Positions 1-10,600 are shown, counted from the stretch's first letter. The stretch: 64,000 nucleotides of DNA from Thermoplasmatota archaeon (GCA_029762535.1 JARVGK010000005.1:51631-115630); one strand, 5' to 3'. The notes: a model not told the origin generated them from the sequence alone. Made by a program: numbers and translations.

Positions 1-1317
1 GGCCATGATCGCGGGTACGTTGCATCCGAAGCCCATTACGAGCGGTATGAAGCTCCTTCCCGGAAGCCCCAGCCTGGCCATGGTGCGGTCTATTACGTAT
101 ACACCCCTTGCCATGTAACCAGAGTTCTCCAGAAGTGATATCATGAAGAACAGTATGAATATCATCGGAAAGAAGACCAAGACCGAACCCACACCCGGTA
201 TCAGGCCGTCCCTGAATATCGATACGTACCATGTGTCACCGAATGATGAGAGGGAATTGGAGAAAAGCTCGAACAATGACTCCACGATCTCGGATAGTGG
301 GTTGCCGATGAGATATGTCAGGGTGAAAACAGAAAGGAGCATTCCGGCGAATATGGGTATTCCCAGCCATTTACTGGTAAATGCACTTTCCATGGTCCTT
401 ACGATACCGCTCTCGCTTACCCTATCATGTCGCGGGACCATCTCGTCTATGAACTCGTATCTAGAATCGATCAGGTCAAGGATGAATTCATCACCCCCAT
501 CCATAGATCCATCGAGATCAGACGGATCGATAGTATGTGTCTTTACCATTGACCTCAATTGAGCGTCCCCTTCGATCCACCTCAAGGCCAGGAACCTTTC
601 GTTGAACCTGGAGAGGTACTTTTTGTCACATGACCAAGCGAAGCCTTCGATGATCCTGATGTATCTCTCGATGTGGCGGGGATAGTCAATTATCAGTGGT
701 CTTCTGGGGACAAGGTTCACATCTGAGGTTTGATGGAGATGCGGCCTCTCGACTTCGTCATCGGCGCTTTTGTGCATGAAACGGTCATGCATCATGGGAT
801 GCATGACGTCTGACCTGATGTGATGATGGGTCTCGTGCAGTAGGGAGTCTTTGAGATCGGTTATTCCGATGTTCTTGGTGGAGACGGTTGGGACGATTGG
901 ACAGCCGAGTTTCGATGAGAGTTGTTGCAGATCGGCGTAGATGCCTCTATCCTTCATCATATCCGCTTTGTTGATCGCAAGAACGACCGGTATGTTGGAT
1001 TCGAGGACCTGGACCGCCAGATACATGGAGGTCCTCAGGTTCGCCCCATCCAGAACCACAACGAGAAGATCATAATCTCCTATGAGCAGATATCTGGGAA
1101 CGATCTCCTCGTCCGAGGATCCCGGGTTCAAGCTGTACGTTCCTGGTAGATCGGTGACATGGAAGCGGCATCCTTCATTGACGAAGCTACCTTCAAGAAG
1201 GTCGACTGTCACTCCTGACCAGTTACCGGTTCTCCCGAACCCTCCGGTGAGAGCGTTGAACAGGGTAGTCTTACCAGAGTTGGGGATCCCTGTCAGGGCC
1301 ACCTTTATATCCTTCAT
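1..1317 (-). CDS. feoB: Ferrous iron transport protein B (3' part runs off the window start)
   Basis: Not in the ORF track. Manual translation from ATG 1317 gives MKDIKVALTGIPNSGKTTLFNALTGGFGRTGNWSGVTVD...DLPGTYSL...NKAD (G1-G4 motifs), followed by membrane segments ending ...SFIPLVMGFGCNVPAIMA. Confidence 0.95.
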   Translation of the reverse strand, partial: MKDIKVALTGIPNSGKTTLFNALTGGFGRTGNWSGVTVDLLEGSFVNEGCRFHVTDLPGTYSLNPGSSDEEIVPRYLLIGDYDLLVVVLDGANLRTSMYLAVQVLESNIPVVLAINKADMMKDRGIYADLQQLSSKLGCPIVPTVSTKNIGITDLKDSLLHETHHHIRSDVMHPMMHDRFMHKSADDEVERPHLHQTSDVNLVPRRPLIIDYPRHIERYIRIIEGFAWSCDKKYLSRFNERFLALRWIEGDAQLRSMVKTHTIDPSDLDGSMDGGDEFILDLIDSRYEFIDEMVPRHDRVSESGIVRTMESAFTSKWLGIPIFAGMLLSVFTLTYLIGNPLSEIVESLFELFSNSLSSFGDTWYVSIFRDGLIPGVGSVLVFFPMIFILFFMISLLENSGYMARGVYVIDRTMARLGLPGRSFIPLVMGFGCNVPAIMA

Positions 1318-1343
1318 CGCGGACCATAAGCAGGACCTAGAAT

Positions 1344-1361
1344 ATTTAGGTTATCCTAAAT
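1344..1361. promoter_or_regulatory. Putative DtxR/MntR-family metal-repressor operator upstream of feoB
   Basis: Palindrome ATTTAGG-TTAT-CCTAAAT, 27 nt upstream of the feoB ATG; resembles the TTAGGTTAGCCTAA-type box. Confidence 0.7.
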
Positions 1362-1637
1362 TATGTTTTTACATGGCTACATATCTCCCTTTGATAGCAA
1401 CCAGATAATTCAACTGTAAGTGAAGTTGATCATAATGATCGATATTAACAAAAATATATAAATTTCAATATATAAAGTAATATATTATGTAATTAGACAA
1501 TATAACATATGTTTAAGGCAATATTTCTGATATTCGGTGTATTATAATAAATACAGTAAATTTCTAACTCTATACATGGAATTCATACAATAATGAAGTA
1601 GGTAATGTAGAGTTCTGGAAAGGATTAAAAACAAGCT

Positions 1638-3509
1638 GTGTTCTGGAGAGAAATGGGTGTTCAGACCATGAAGCCAGTCCTAAATCCGCTCAGGGCTCAG
1701 ATAGAATCGAAAATGACAGAGGAATTGGGTTTTAATAATATCTTTGATATGTTCCTTCATTCCTCAAGAAAGAATCCAGAAAAGGTCCTGGCGATGCACA
1801 AGCTAGGAAAGGGGCATTGGGGCTCACTCACATATGATGAGGTAGAAAAGGGGTCCCTCGATTGCGCCGCCGCATTCCTGAAAAACGGAATAAAGAAGGG
1901 GGACAGGGTCGCTTTCATATGCAACAACCGATACGAATGGCTCATACTTGATCTCTCGCTTCACAGGATAGGTGCGGTTAACATATCGAACTACGTCACA
2001 CCCGATCCGAAAAAACTGGTGGAGACGGAGGTCTGCTTCAACATAAACGATTCACAATGTCGAATGCTGTTCGTCGCGGAAAAATACCTGGAAAGGGTCA
2101 TGGAGATATACGATCAGGGTAAGATGCCGACTATCGAGAAGGTCGTCGTATTGACCGATTCAGCGGATCGAAAGAAGATCGGTGAACTTGATACCTTCTC
2201 TGAATTCGTTAAGGTCGGGCAGGAATCCAGAAAAATGCTCGAGGATTATAAGGAGGTCGTGAACCTAAATGATCTTGCCACGATCATATACACATCTGGT
2301 TCGACCGGGGTTCCAAAAGGAGTGATGCTTACCCATGGCAACCTCATATCAAATGCACAGAGCCTGACAACATTCATCGATCTTAAAGAGACAGATGTGG
2401 AACTCAGCTTCTTGCCTCTTGGGCATGTTTTCGAGCGTATTATCAATTATATAATCCTGAGAATATCAGGCACCATAGGTTATGCTGAATCCATTGAGAC
2501 CATAGCGGATGATGTACAGTTCGTCAAACCTACCGTTTTTCCCGCTGTACCTAGGGTCTTCGAGAAGTTCAAGGCAAAGGTAGAGGAAAATGCCAGGTCC
2601 AAAGGTGAGTTATCCTTCAAGATATACAAATGGTCAACGAAAGTAGGTAGGGATTATTCATTGGGAAAGAGGGGTTTTCCAATGAATATAAAATACATGA
2701 TGGCCAAGAAAATCGTGTTCGACAAGGTTGTTGACAAGCTCGGGGGAAATGTTAGGTTCTTCGTTTCATCGTCCGCTCCTCTAAGCGAAGATACTGCTAT
2801 GTTCTTCAAATCGATGAACCTGGAGATCCTGGAGGCTTATGGGATGACCGAGGCCGGTCCATTGATAAGCATTAACAGGAACAACAGGGCGAGGATCGGT
2901 ACCGTTGGAGAGGCCCCTCCCGAAATAGAGGTGAAGATCGCAAATGATGGGGAGATACTTGTCAGGGGGCCATCAATAATGAAAGGTTACTGGAACAGAC
3001 CTGATGCTGATAAGGAGGCTTTTCTAAACGGATGGCTCGCTACTGGCGACATAGGAGTGATGTCAAAAGATGGTTATCTTAAGATAACGGACCGTAAGAA
3101 GAATCTAATCAAGACATCAACTGGCAAATATGTACCCCCTGCTCCCATAGAGGACAAGCTGGTATCGAACCAGTATGTCAGCCAGGCAATCGTTATAGGG
3201 GAAGCCAGACCTCACTGCTCGGCAATAATCGTCCCGGATTTCAAGCGTCTCGAGGATTATGCCCAGCATAACCAACTGCATTACACATCGATTGACGATC
3301 TCATGAATAATCCATCGGTGAAGTCCTTTTACGAGGAGTTGATCAAGAACGAGACCAAGGACATGGCGGCCCATGAACAGCCAAAGAAGGTAATCCTCCA
3401 TTCAAAGGAATGGACGTGGGAATCTGGAGAGCTCACGCCAACTCAGAAGGTCAAGAGGAGTGTGATCACTAAGATGTTCAAAGACGAGATCGACAGGATC
3501 TATTCGTAA
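1638..3509 (+). CDS. fadD: Long-chain fatty acid--CoA ligase (AMP-dependent synthetase); start may be ATG 1668
   Basis: IIYTSGSTGVPKGVMLTH, YGMTE, GWLATGDIG, ITDRKKNLIKTSTGKYV, ELTPTQKVKR motifs. Confidence 0.9.
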   Translation: MFWREMGVQTMKPVLNPLRAQIESKMTEELGFNNIFDMFLHSSRKNPEKVLAMHKLGKGHWGSLTYDEVEKGSLDCAAAFLKNGIKKGDRVAFICNNRYEWLILDLSLHRIGAVNISNYVTPDPKKLVETEVCFNINDSQCRMLFVAEKYLERVMEIYDQGKMPTIEKVVVLTDSADRKKIGELDTFSEFVKVGQESRKMLEDYKEVVNLNDLATIIYTSGSTGVPKGVMLTHGNLISNAQSLTTFIDLKETDVELSFLPLGHVFERIINYIILRISGTIGYAESIETIADDVQFVKPTVFPAVPRVFEKFKAKVEENARSKGELSFKIYKWSTKVGRDYSLGKRGFPMNIKYMMAKKIVFDKVVDKLGGNVRFFVSSSAPLSEDTAMFFKSMNLEILEAYGMTEAGPLISINRNNRARIGTVGEAPPEIEVKIANDGEILVRGPSIMKGYWNRPDADKEAFLNGWLATGDIGVMSKDGYLKITDRKKNLIKTSTGKYVPPAPIEDKLVSNQYVSQAIVIGEARPHCSAIIVPDFKRLEDYAQHNQLHYTSIDDLMNNPSVKSFYEELIKNETKDMAAHEQPKKVILHSKEWTWESGELTPTQKVKRSVITKMFKDEIDRIYS

Positions 3510-4396
3510 AGGTCCATAGCTGCTTCCATTATCCTTTGAGCGGAGGTAACCATATCACCCTCTTTAAGAAAAATATTGGTGAGACCAAGTCTGGATCTCC
3601 ATTTCCTCTGTTTCCTTACCAGGTCCATATTGCTTCTTACGATAGCATCGAATAACTCATCATTTGATACTACTTTATTCATATGGCCGATAATATGGTT
3701 CACACCTATCATCTCAAGACCGGGAAAGTCTCGTGTGTAGCCCGAGTCGATGATCGATCCGACCTCTGATAGCCATCCCTTTTCGAGCATTGTCATCGTG
3801 CGTTCGCCTATCCTTGCCTTGAGCTCTCGGTCCGATCGGTCTATGAAGAACCCTTTCCAGTTCACTCCCATGGTACTGATCCCCTTTATGGTATCTTGCA
3901 AAGGCCCCAAAGACGTGATGAGCGCCCTCGAGAGCCTTCTGAGATCATTAGGATGTGTCATGAAAGCCTTTGCAGGGTCCAATTCAAACAATAGATCGTG
4001 TGCATCATGAGGACCCAGATCCTTGATGATCTCCCTAATATCATTGGCAATACAAGGGTCGTGGGATGGACCATTCAGTCCCTTTATCAGCCTCTCCATA
4101 TAGAGCATGCTCCCCCCACAGGCGAGGGGAAGCTTTCCTCTTTCTCTTATCCTCATTGATGTGGGGATCGCCATATCAAGAAATGATCGAACGGTCATTC
4201 TTTCATTTAGACCGATAAGATCGATCATGTGATAAGGTGTATCTTTATCGATAGTGAACTTACCATTACCTATCCTAACGTCCTTGTAGAAACATCCGGT
4301 ATCGACGGATATTATCTCATATGGAACCTTTCTGCAGATATGCTGTGCGATCTCTGTCTTTCCTGAACAGGTGGGTCCGGTTAAGATCAACATCAA
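3500..4396 (-). CDS. miaA: tRNA dimethylallyltransferase (MiaA/IPPT family), divergent
   Basis: GPTCSGKT P-loop, EIISVD, PYHMID, GGSMLY, HPNDLRRLSRAL, LKARIGER..ML..G..EV, RKQRKW follow the MiaA motif order over the full 298 aa. Confidence 0.85.
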   Translation of the reverse strand: MMLILTGPTCSGKTEIAQHICRKVPYEIISVDTGCFYKDVRIGNGKFTIDKDTPYHMIDLIGLNERMTVRSFLDMAIPTSMRIRERGKLPLACGGSMLYMERLIKGLNGPSHDPCIANDIREIIKDLGPHDAHDLLFELDPAKAFMTHPNDLRRLSRALITSLGPLQDTIKGISTMGVNWKGFFIDRSDRELKARIGERTMTMLEKGWLSEVGSIIDSGYTRDFPGLEMIGVNHIIGHMNKVVSNDELFDAIVRSNMDLVRKQRKWRSRLGLTNIFLKEGDMVTSAQRIMEAAMDLYE

Positions 4397-4485
4397 GACC
4401 GTTACCTGTGATCATTTAAGTAAAGTTTACCTATCTCTAAAGATCATATCACATCGATCAGGAAATATCCTCAAGGCGATCGTTA

Positions 4486-5943
4486 TCAGAAGCTTGGTCT
4501 GTAAATGACCTTGGGCTTGAGCCCTTTGAGCTCGGAGAGTAACCCTCCCTGAAGGGATGATAGGACATCGGTGTTGGGTATGTTGGACTCGATGACCGTT
4601 GTCCTGCCGTGCCTGCCAAAAGAGATTACCTTTGTTTGAATTATGCCAAGCCTGTCAAGTTCGTTCAGGAGGTTGACCACCTGTCTTCTACCCAATACAA
4701 TCAAGTCAAGCTTCGAGGCGTAGTTGGAATAGGTTTCGACCACTTCTTTTGTGGTTGTCTTGATCCTTCCGAATATCTTCAGCTGGATGATCGAATACAG
4801 GACGATCTTGCTCTGGAGTGGTAATGATTTCACGACCTGTTGAACACGGTCGGTCTCTATCTTCTTCTGGGCCATTTTGACGTACAGGTCGGTGAGTTTG
4901 GGGGAGTGGTCCCTTTCGGCAAGCTCGGCCGAGACCCTGAGTAGGTCAAGAGCTTTTCTTGCATCACCATTCTCCTGAGCAGCGATCCCAGCGCATAGCG
5001 ATACCACATTGTCCTGGATCGAACCTTGGTAGAACGCTTCCTTCGCCCTGTGTTCGAGTATGTCCTTGAGCTGTAAAGCATTGTAGGGCTCGAAGATTAT
5101 CTCTTCAGAACCCAAGGACGATCTAACTCTTGGTTCGAGATAATCCATTATCTTTAGGTTGTTTGAGATACCGATTATCGCGACCCTTGTCCTTTGAAGG
5201 TCCTCGTTGATCCTGGTGAGTGTATATAATATGTCGTCTCCTACCTTCATGATGAGCCTATCTATCTCATCAAGGATTATTATGACCAGTGATGAAGCCT
5301 CATCAAGCTTGGAGAGCATCCTTGAATGGACCTCGTCGATGGGGAGCCCGGACACAGGAAGTCTGTCCTCGTCCGAGAAAGGAAGAAGCCTGTTCGCCAC
5401 CTGGGTCATGACCCGGTAGGCGGTGTCCATTTGCTGGCAGTTGATGTAAATGGACCTGATCTGCCTGTGCAGCTGTTGGGACATTTCGGGACCGAGCACA
5501 TCATCATGATCGATTATGGAGAGTGCGGAATTGAGGCATCTGACCGATTCCGAATCTGACATCTCTTCCTGAATCTCCATGAAAGTCCTGAGATTTCTTT
5601 CCTTGATGAAGTTGGATTTTTCCTGGAGGGCCTTCATCAGGATCTTGGACACAACGGTCTTTCCGGTCCCGGTCATGCCGAATATAATGATGTTCGAGGG
5701 GGTATCGCCCCATAATGCAGGTATCAATATCCTTGCGATACTTCCGATCTCTCTCTCACGATGGGGGAGAGTATCAGGTATATAGGAATACCTGAGAACC
5801 TCGCGGTTCTTGAAGATCTTTCCCCCGAGATCGAGGATATCAAAGATATCAGTAGCTAACCCATTCAAACTTTTCACCGTTCCCCAGCTTGATCGGATGA
5901 TGCAGGACGGAGGTATATGCGGCCGGATATTCCGGAGCTTCAC
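4486..5943 (-). CDS. cdc6: Orc1/Cdc6 replication initiator (true start probably ~25 codons downstream)
   Basis: YIPDTLPHRE, Walker A GMTGTGKT, YINC, Walker B IILDEID, RVRSSL, GDARKALDLLR, C-terminal wHTH. Confidence 0.95.
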   Translation of the reverse strand: MKLRNIRPHIPPSCIIRSSWGTVKSLNGLATDIFDILDLGGKIFKNREVLRYSYIPDTLPHREREIGSIARILIPALWGDTPSNIIIFGMTGTGKTVVSKILMKALQEKSNFIKERNLRTFMEIQEEMSDSESVRCLNSALSIIDHDDVLGPEMSQQLHRQIRSIYINCQQMDTAYRVMTQVANRLLPFSDEDRLPVSGLPIDEVHSRMLSKLDEASSLVIIILDEIDRLIMKVGDDILYTLTRINEDLQRTRVAIIGISNNLKIMDYLEPRVRSSLGSEEIIFEPYNALQLKDILEHRAKEAFYQGSIQDNVVSLCAGIAAQENGDARKALDLLRVSAELAERDHSPKLTDLYVKMAQKKIETDRVQQVVKSLPLQSKIVLYSIIQLKIFGRIKTTTKEVVETYSNYASKLDLIVLGRRQVVNLLNELDRLGIIQTKVISFGRHGRTTVIESNIPNTDVLSSLQGGLLSELKGLKPKVIYRPSF

Positions 5944-6300
5944 AACCCCGTTCCACTGAAGAGAAGCTTATTATTTAGCATTTTCCGGAGGCTTCTGGAG
6001 GGGTATAAATAGAGGTGTTTTTTTTTGGGTCGAGCAACTTTCGATCCTCCCTTACGATCATGTTCACAAGACCGCCTATATGTATTTTCTATGCCTGGAT
6101 ACTTATAAGGATACTATATATGTTCCATATTGTTGGGGGACGTGGGGTGCAAAAAAATGTTTTTTACCCTTGAAAATCGTTATAGATACCGAACCGGTTG
6201 GGAAAAGCGGAGTTTAGAGCTAGAAAAGGGGGCCGATTCATGTGGACAAAATGATTATGGATGATGAGCAACTACACCTCTACTTATAAAGAGATCCTCC
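5944..6300. other. Candidate replication origin (oriC) upstream of cdc6
   Basis: Intergenic region upstream of cdc6 with an ORB-like TTCAGTGGAACGGGG (minus strand, 5946-5960), weaker G-string motifs and AT-rich tracts. Confidence 0.45.
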
Positions 6301-6304
6301 AAAG

Positions 6305-7036
6305 GTGGAAACATTGGGAAAAGAGAAAAAGGCTCTACGGAAGATAATGAAGACATTATCTGGTTCGATCAAGAGGATTAGAGATCTGGAGCGAGATTTT
6401 CCAATAACTACCATAGCATGGATGGAGCTCAGGGGCGAGCTCGGATCCATAGACGAGAGCCTTAGATCGGACCTGTTCTCCCTGGCCAAGAAAGCGAACG
6501 AATACCGAAAAAGATACTGGAAGGTGGAATATAGTATAAGACAGGATATCGTTCATTATATGAACAGGATAGGATTCTCTCCTTCTTTCTCCCCTCAGAT
6601 AGAGACCCTCGCAAATCATCTTCCCAGGTCTCTAATAATTCAAGACGGAAGAGTGTGGATCTTTTCATATGATACTTATATCAAGGATATCGCCTCTGGA
6701 GTGGGAAGGGATTGGAAAGAGGCCCCTACTGGTTCAGATATCTTTCAACGCTTCGAAAAAAAATATCATAAGGATATCCAGAACCTTCGCCACCAAGCTG
6801 ATGTATTGATCAGAGAGATCGATGCATTCCTGTCCTTGTTGGGAGAGTATTTGCGTTCGGGAAATGCGTGGAACGTTACAGAGTTGACCCCGAGCCAAAA
6901 ACGGATATCGATCCGTTCGGAAGCACAATTAATATTAATCAAGCGCCCTTATCCACTGCCAAGGCCTCCCAAGAGGCCGAGAAAACGATTGTTCAGACGG
7001 ATCAAAAGAAAAGAGATAGGGCCGGAGGATATCTGA
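6305..7036 (+). CDS. Hypothetical helical protein with Pro/Arg/Lys-rich C-terminal tail
   Basis: 243-aa ORF; its stop overlaps the next ATG (TGATG). Confidence 0.7.
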   Translation: METLGKEKKALRKIMKTLSGSIKRIRDLERDFPITTIAWMELRGELGSIDESLRSDLFSLAKKANEYRKRYWKVEYSIRQDIVHYMNRIGFSPSFSPQIETLANHLPRSLIIQDGRVWIFSYDTYIKDIASGVGRDWKEAPTGSDIFQRFEKKYHKDIQNLRHQADVLIREIDAFLSLLGEYLRSGNAWNVTELTPSQKRISIRSEAQLILIKRPYPLPRPPKRPRKRLFRRIKRKEIGPEDI

Positions 7037-7563
7037 TGCGAATAGTATACAAAGACCCTATCTTCCTTCTTGCAGCGGTATTTATTCTCCTAACTTTATC
7101 CTTAACAGCGGTATCGATGACCAGTCAGAGAAGACAAGGTCAGATCGAGGTCAACGTGACTTACCCCAAAGGGATATCCTTGAACAACATTAAAGAGGGT
7201 AGGACCTTACATCTCGAATATATATCCGAATACGAGATAGGTGTGTACCTACTTGGACGTCAGGAGGCAGAGGACCTGCGCAGGCCATCGTTCTTTAAAG
7301 ATATTGAGCTGCCTCCAAGCCTTCACAAGGGGAAAGAAGGTTCCATCTCTTTCAAGATAGATGGGGATGGCGATTACGAACTTATGTTCTATAACGACAG
7401 CTTCACTAAGAACGTTCTGGTCGAATACGAGCTCGATATGGGAATGCGTATAGAGGATGGATATTTCAAGACATCATTGATCTCAACGGCTTTAATCACA
7501 TTGGTTCTCGTGGGCATCGTTATGGTGAGATTTTTCAAGAAAAAAGCTCTATCTCGTTTATGA
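7036..7563 (+). CDS. Hypothetical membrane protein (N- and C-terminal TM helices)
   Basis: GGAGG RBS and TGATG coupling place the start at 7036 (MRIVYKDPIFLLAAVF...), not at 6868. Confidence 0.7.
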   Translation: MRIVYKDPIFLLAAVFILLTLSLTAVSMTSQRRQGQIEVNVTYPKGISLNNIKEGRTLHLEYISEYEIGVYLLGRQEAEDLRRPSFFKDIELPPSLHKGKEGSISFKIDGDGDYELMFYNDSFTKNVLVEYELDMGMRIEDGYFKTSLISTALITLVLVGIVMVRFFKKKALSRL

Positions 7564-7642
7564 CCGATGAGATGGAGCGGTTTATCATTCGGGGGATTGT
7601 TATTTATACCGACATTATCTATCATCTAGTAAGATCGATCAG

Positions 7643-10600
7643 GTGATCGCCATGAAGCATCGTTTTGATAGAGAAAGGGCATATATTTTTGCTTTGATGT
7701 TCGTAGTATCCTCATCATTCATATTGATCGGGGATGATACAGTAATGGTAACGGGTGAATCGCTATCATTATATGGGCATGTGAGAGCTGATAACAATGA
7801 GATTTGGGCACTTTCAGGTGATGAGAACATAGAGGCATCGGCCGGTTTGTCATTTATCGGAGAGAGCATGACCGGACCAGGAGGAAGGCTCGGAAGTTAT
7901 CTTTGGTCTGGAGATCTGAATGGTGATGGTTATGATGACATAGCAATGTCAGCCCCCCATCTTGAAGGAGCGCTTAGCGTTAGAGAAGGGGGATTGCTCT
8001 ATATATTCTACGGATCGAAAGAGTTACAAAATGGAGTTGTGGATATAGAAACAGCCGTTCCGGATATCGTTATCAGAGGAGGGGCCGAGGATTCGAAGCT
8101 TTTGACATCGTTTGCCGTTGGAGACATCGACAACGACGGCAACTTCGATCTCGTTTTGGGTATACCTTCCCAGCCTTCATGCGGCAGACTTTACATTCTC
8201 TGGGGTGACGGCAATTGGAGCGGGGAGATCGATCTCTTCGATCCAGGCAAACTCAATCCCAACGGGGATCCTTATGGTTTCATTCGAGATGATGATCATT
8301 TGATACTGGCTGGTCACATCGCACCGGTCCCTTGGCCCGAATCGGATTATAAGATAGGCCAATCCGTTGTAGTTAGCGATCTTGACGGGGATTCGTACGA
8401 TGATGTGGTCTTCAGCGCTCCGGGATGGAACAAGGTCAATATTATGTGGGGAGGGCCGAACAGATTTCAGCTTGGAGATGAGATGACCATAATTCAAGAC
8501 GACCAGAACAGTGGCCTCTTCGGGCAGAGCGTGATCTCTCTCGATATGAATGGAAATCAAATGCCAGACCTGGCTATTAGCGGACCGCTGAGAAACCATC
8601 CGACAACACTATATCAGCAGACGGGCACTGTAATGGTGATTTTCGATGCGGGGGATCTCAGAGGAACTGTTAATATCAACGTCGAGGACACGGTAAGGCC
8701 GTTCATATATGGAAACGATCCAAATGATAATTTTGGCAGGGTGATACTGTCAAAGGACATCAACCATGACGGGCGTGATGATCTTATAGTTGGCGCACCT
8801 TACAGTGATGGACCGGACGACACGAGGTACAACTCGGGCTCCATACACATATATTTTGGAGGACAGATAAACCAATTTCCAGTGATTATGGATTCTGAAA
8901 CCGGGGCAGACGTCATAATATACGGAGCAACGAAAGAAGGGCCTACATATCCAGGTGACAGATTGGGGACAGTATTCGAATTGGGTGATATCAACTCCGA
9001 CGGTGAACACGGTTTGATTATTGGATATCCAGACGTTTCGGTCCAGGATGCCGAGAAGGCCGGAATGGTGGCCTATTATACATATCAACAAGTGTTCTCA
9101 TCCCCTCCTCGTTCGATAGATCTCAAGGATATTGATCCGACATTCAGGATATTCGGGATAGACATGCAGGATAGGCTGGGATATTCCCTTTGCATCGCTG
9201 ACATGGATGGGGACGGCGCTCATGAGTTGATCATAGGTTCTCCGGCCTCGGATGGTATTGAGAATACCAGGCCTTCCTGTGGTGAGGTCCATATTATTAG
9301 AGGGTCCAAAGTAGGAATCGACTCGCTGACATTATCCGGTATGGGGACACAGGACGGTTTTGTCCTGTGCGGTAAAGGCGATACGACGATAACCGTGGGA
9401 TATTCCCATTCGGAAGATAACGACCTATTGTTATCCATGGATGTGGAATTGCAGGATCTTGGGATAAAAATGACCATTCCTTTAGCTACTGGTGAATATC
9501 CAATAATTGATACACCCTATGAGATGATAAAACCCGTAAGCAAGGTGATCGTATCGAAAACGACCAATGGTGCACAGGCATCGGCGGTGATCGAATTCAC
9601 ATGGTCCTTTCCTTCTGGGGAATACGATGTGAAGATTATTGTATCCTCATCAAAATGGAATTATTCCAGATTGTTTTCCAAAGCCATATTATCAGAGGAT
9701 GTTCTAATATTTTTGGAGAACTATGAACTATTCAGGAACGGTCAAAGAACCGTACATGGTTCCGAATGGTTTGGACCGGATGATAGAATCGATATCAATG
9801 GACTATCGCTTTATTATGATACTGTACCTCCTATTGAGGTCATAGATGGTCCTTTCGAAATAAGCCTTTTGGTGAACGCAATATCGATCCATACTCAGGA
9901 ATATGTACCCGACATGAGTTTGAATTTTACCATCACCGACGAAGATAGTATCATACTTACCGTAAAGGCCTCTCCTATCATCGGGATATTTCCCACAGGT
10001 ATCCCATCGGAATTCATTCCTTTTATATCGGGGCAAATCGTGTTAGAGCTTCATATTGACCAAACCCCTCCCGATATCCCATCGAACCTAGTTCTCGATC
10101 CTGGAACTTTTGGACATGAGGATTACGGAACTGAAGGTGAATGGGAGATCAGATGGGATGATGGCAGGACCAACGGAGGTGATGCAGGATCAGGAATATG
10201 GGCCTATGAGGTAGGTATCAAGGAGGAGGTAAAGATAGCCATGCATCCTGGAGGTCTGCTTGGGACATACTACAACGACGATCGTTTCATCGAGGAAGGC
10301 CTATCAATCGTGGATGAACAGATCGACTTCAACTGGGGCAATTACCCGCCTAAACCCGAGATCATTCCATTGGGTTTCTCTATAAGATGGCATGGGTGGT
10401 TAATGCCGGACCAGAATATCAAGACGAGGTTCACGATATGGGGAAAAGGTGGGAACTCCCTTCTGATCTTTGACGATCAGAGGCTGTTGGAATGGAACGA
10501 TGTCGAGTTCAGAAGGAGTTCAGGCTACGTGGACCTAGTCGGCGGAGAGATCTATTATATCGAACTGTACTTTCGACAGAAAGGGGATCTTGAAAACTCT

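Noticed and set aside
143-1408. Plus-strand ORFs 143-562, 922-1149 and 1082-1408
   Set aside because: Antisense shadows of feoB.
5460-5615. Intein in Cdc6
   Set aside because: Too short, and lacks the N-terminal Cys/Ser block and the C-terminal His-Asn.
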